Source of the DNA: Psychrobacter sp. HD31 | GTDB lineage: Bacteria > Pseudomonadota > Gammaproteobacteria > Pseudomonadales > Moraxellaceae | Direction: 5' to 3' | DNA: 32,000 bases | NCBI RefSeq assembly: GCF_051097895.1 | Contig: NZ_CP142525.1 | Span: forward strand, 1,530,001-1,562,000 | Shown here: positions 31,540 to 32,000 of the stretch, piece after piece | How positions within the stretch are numbered: the first letter of the stretch is position 1 | Layout: each line of letters begins with the position of its first letter | Position numbers and translations under genes: made by a program | Notes under the pieces: model-generated | The model's database searches: none | What the model was told of the DNA's origin: nothing | What the model saw: only the letters and a program-made list of their open reading frames with translations

Positions 31540-32000
31540 CTACGTTAGTACCACATCTGCAAACACAAAACCACCACGCTCTACAATTTCGCCAGTAGTT
31601 ATATTTAGCGGCTCATAAAAGCAAGGGGCATCATATACAAAAGTATGAAACTCACCATTTTCTCCGCAGGGGTCAATAGGGTTTGCCAAAGTGCTTAAAT
31701 CGGTTAAAAAAGCTTGATTGTAATCTCTGCCACAAAAGTTATGAGGTAATTTTTTAGGGTCTATACAGGTTGTAACCGCTTTTACGCCATTGTCTACCAA
31801 TGTTTGCGATAATTGTTTGGTGTCCATCCCCCAAAGTGGAAATATGGGTTTAAGCCCCGTACCTTTTAGCTGTTTGATGCGGTAATCCCTGACATCTTGT
31901 AAAAATAAGTCACCAAAGGCAATTTGCTCAATCCCTCGCGCCACCAACTCTTTAAAATAGTCATCCATTATTTTTTGATAATCATCATTACTGCAAGGAA
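31540..32000 (-). CDS. DUF71 / Dph6-related ATP pyrophosphatase (adenine-nucleotide alpha-hydrolase), C-terminal part; 5' end beyond the right window edge
   Basis: The track ORF starts at an internal Met, but the frame stays open upstream to base 32000 (..PCSNDDYQKIMDDYF..). IAFGDLFLQDVRDYR...FPLWG...DPCGENGEFHTFVYDAP...FADVVL matches the MJ0570/DUF71 family pattern as remembered. Confidence 0.6.
   Translation of the reverse strand, partial: PCSNDDYQKIMDDYFKELVARGIEQIAFGDLFLQDVRDYRIKQLKGTGLKPIFPLWGMDTKQLSQTLVDNGVKAVTTCIDPKKLPHNFCGRDYNQAFLTDLSTLANPIDPCGENGEFHTFVYDAPCFYEPLNITTGEIVERGGFVFADVVLT

Overview
Mostly conserved chromosomal core of a low-GC gammaproteobacterium. Its 16S rRNA reads like Moraxellaceae (Psychrobacter/Moraxella type); this is inferred from remembered signature stretches, not from a search. 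Gene order: recN' (-) | ppnP-rlmB (+) | coaE-pilD-[DUF3124-like lipoprotein]-pilC-pilB (-) | tpiA-secG-tRNA-Leu(GAG) (+) | rlmG (+) | tRNA-fMet-rimP-[GyrI-like gene]-nusA-infB-rbfA-truB (+) | CIA30-like (-) | D-2-hydroxyacid dehydrogenase (+) | Trx-MsrA-MsrB lipoprotein (-) | DUF3025 (+) | IS1595/IS1016-type IS inside a rimJ pseudogene | complete rrn operon 16S-tRNA-Ile-tRNA-Ala-23S-5S (-) with tandem promoters and a terminator | small 3-TM orphan (-) | DUF71/Dph6-like ATP pyrophosphatase' (-). I found no CRISPR array, prophage or recognisable defence or secretion island, and no convincing novel multi-gene system. The observations worth a second look are small-scale: two lineage-specific genes wedged into normally contiguous operons (pilC/pilD and rimP/nusA); a rimJ gene inactivated by both an IS insertion and an in-frame TAA; an initiator tRNA with a T1/T72 mismatch; an identical 21-nt palindromic repeat at two distant intergenic sites; a nested 17-bp inverted repeat in a convergent spacer; and a roughly 78-nt long hairpin in an otherwise AT-rich non-coding stretch near the right end.
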